A DNA stretch of 64,000 nucleotides from Octopus bimaculoides. Lineage: Eukaryota. A program made the translations under genes and the position numbers. The DNA lies in contig NC_068989.1 of assembly GCF_001194135.2 (NCBI RefSeq), forward strand, positions 2,477,427 to 2,541,426, read 5' to 3'. The stretch's first letter is position 1, and every line of letters begins with the position of its first letter. Below are positions 62,575 through 64,000 of this stretch, piece by piece. The notes beneath the pieces are model-generated. The model searched no databases, was not told where the DNA came from, and was given only the letters and a program-made list of their open reading frames with translations.

Positions 62575-63290
62575 AAGGCACGCTGGGCGAAATGCTTAGC
62601 GTCATTTTGTCTGTCTTTACGTTCTGAATTCATATTCCGCCGAGGTCGACTTGGCCATTCATCCTTTCGGAGTCGATAAATTAAGTACCAATTGCGTATT
62701 GGGATCGATCTAATCGACTGGCCCCCTCCCCAAAATTATCGTGTTTTATGCCTTGAGTAGAAAAGAATCGTTAGCGCGCCGGACGAATTACTTAGTGACA
62801 AGGTTGATTTTGCCTTTCATCCTTTCGGGGTTGGTAAATTAAGTGACAGTGAAACACTGGGGTCGATGTAATCAACTCATCCCCATCCCCGAAAATTTCA
62901 GGCGTTGTGCCTTTACAAGAAAGGATTGTTATTATTATCATTATTTTTAAGGCAGCGAGCTGGCATTATCGTTAGCACGTCGGGCAAAATGCTTAGCGAC
63001 ATTTCGTCCGTCTTTACGTTCTGAGTTCAAATTCTGCCGAAGTCGACTTTGCCTTTCATCCTTTTGGGGTCGATAAAATAAGTACCAGTAAGGTACTAGG
63101 GGTCGAAGTAATCGACTAGTCCCTTCCTACCAAATTGTAGGCCTTGTACCTATAGTAGAAAGGATTATTATTATTATTCTTTCATTGAAGGCAGCGTGCT
63201 GGCAGAATCGTTAGCACGCCGAGCAAATGGCTTAGCAGTATTTCGTCCCTCTTCATGTTTTGAGTTCAAATTCCATAGAGGTCGACATTG
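62575..63290 (+). mobile_element. Train of four head-to-tail SINE family A copies
   Basis: Copies at 62575-62768, 62764-62927, 62949-63165 and 63188-63290 (3'-truncated). Joined by an agaat microhomology (copy 1 to 2) or by (ATT)n runs (2 to 3, 3 to 4); a degenerate (ATT)n also precedes copy 1. Confidence 0.9.
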
Positions 63291-64000
63291 TCAAACAAAG
63301 AAGTGAAATAGAACCAGTTCCTCTTTTTATTATTGTCACAATGACCCTCCCGGGATATTATAAAATCGGGTTCACATCTTGCATACGAAATACCATAAAC
63401 GTAAAATATATATGATATCTCTAATATCAATATAACTCCTTTAATTTTATTAATAATAAAATTTCCTTATTTTTCTTATTGCATCAACCTATGATCTTCT
63501 CACTGGTATGTTTGTCTCGCTATATTCTGCCTATTCTAAATAATGGATGGGTTTTTCTTTTCCATTTTACACCGGTTTTAAATTAAGACATTAATTTATA
63601 TCTTTTTCTTTCAAGTTAACTAGCTTTGCAATGATTTTCGTTTTCATTTATACAATTTTAAACTTCGAATTTTGCTTAAACTTTTTTCATGTTAACTTGC
63701 TTTGAAGACTAATATCCACGTTAAATTACAGTTTATTTTTATCTTCTTCAACACATGCTTAGGTAGGTGTTTATTAAATAGAACCTAGCTACTGATTATT
63801 CATTATTTGAGTCTAAATCCCGTCTAAGACATTTTTAAAAGGCAACCGATTTAATTATCTTGCTGTTAAATTTTTTACGTTTCTTTCAAGATTCTCAGTT
63901 TGAATATGTAATTACCTCGCCAGTTAGATAATCGATAAAACTAACTTTGACCGTTAGATTTGAAATCTTTCTCTTGTATTAGATTTCGGATTATTCTATC

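Overview
AT-rich, microsatellite-dense eukaryotic DNA with ten large N-gaps. The repeat families and (TA)n/(CA)n/(TAA)n density point to an octopus draft scaffold (inference). The only host gene I can support is the 3' half of a class B1 (secretin-family) GPCR on the + strand, most similar to the pigment-dispersing factor (PDF) receptor. It has five well-supported exons (6573-6729, 19928-19988, 24861-24930, 31217-31302, 31991-32171; TM3 to TM7) with matching splice phases, plus a probable helix-8 exon at 56041-56109. The N-terminal exons lie upstream or in a gap, and the last exon is unresolved. The introns hold at least four tRNA-derived SINE families (labelled A-D here), decayed R4/Dong-like non-LTR fragments, a decayed Tc1-like transposase and several MITEs. 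Nearly all ORFs in the supplied track are microsatellite or gap artefacts. I found no CRISPR array, rRNA or functional tRNA, and no clearly new multi-gene system. The best leads are: Gln at the conserved TM5 proline; a fused TM6-TM7 exon that keeps the 42-nt TM7 exon boundary; a near-perfect 116-bp intronic palindrome with an A:C mismatch; a two-hairpin module shared by SINE families A and B; an all-sense orientation of family B, whose antisense strand carries a strong splice acceptor; and retroelement clustering at (ATT)n/(TAA)n tracts. All alignments and family assignments were done by eye and from memory.
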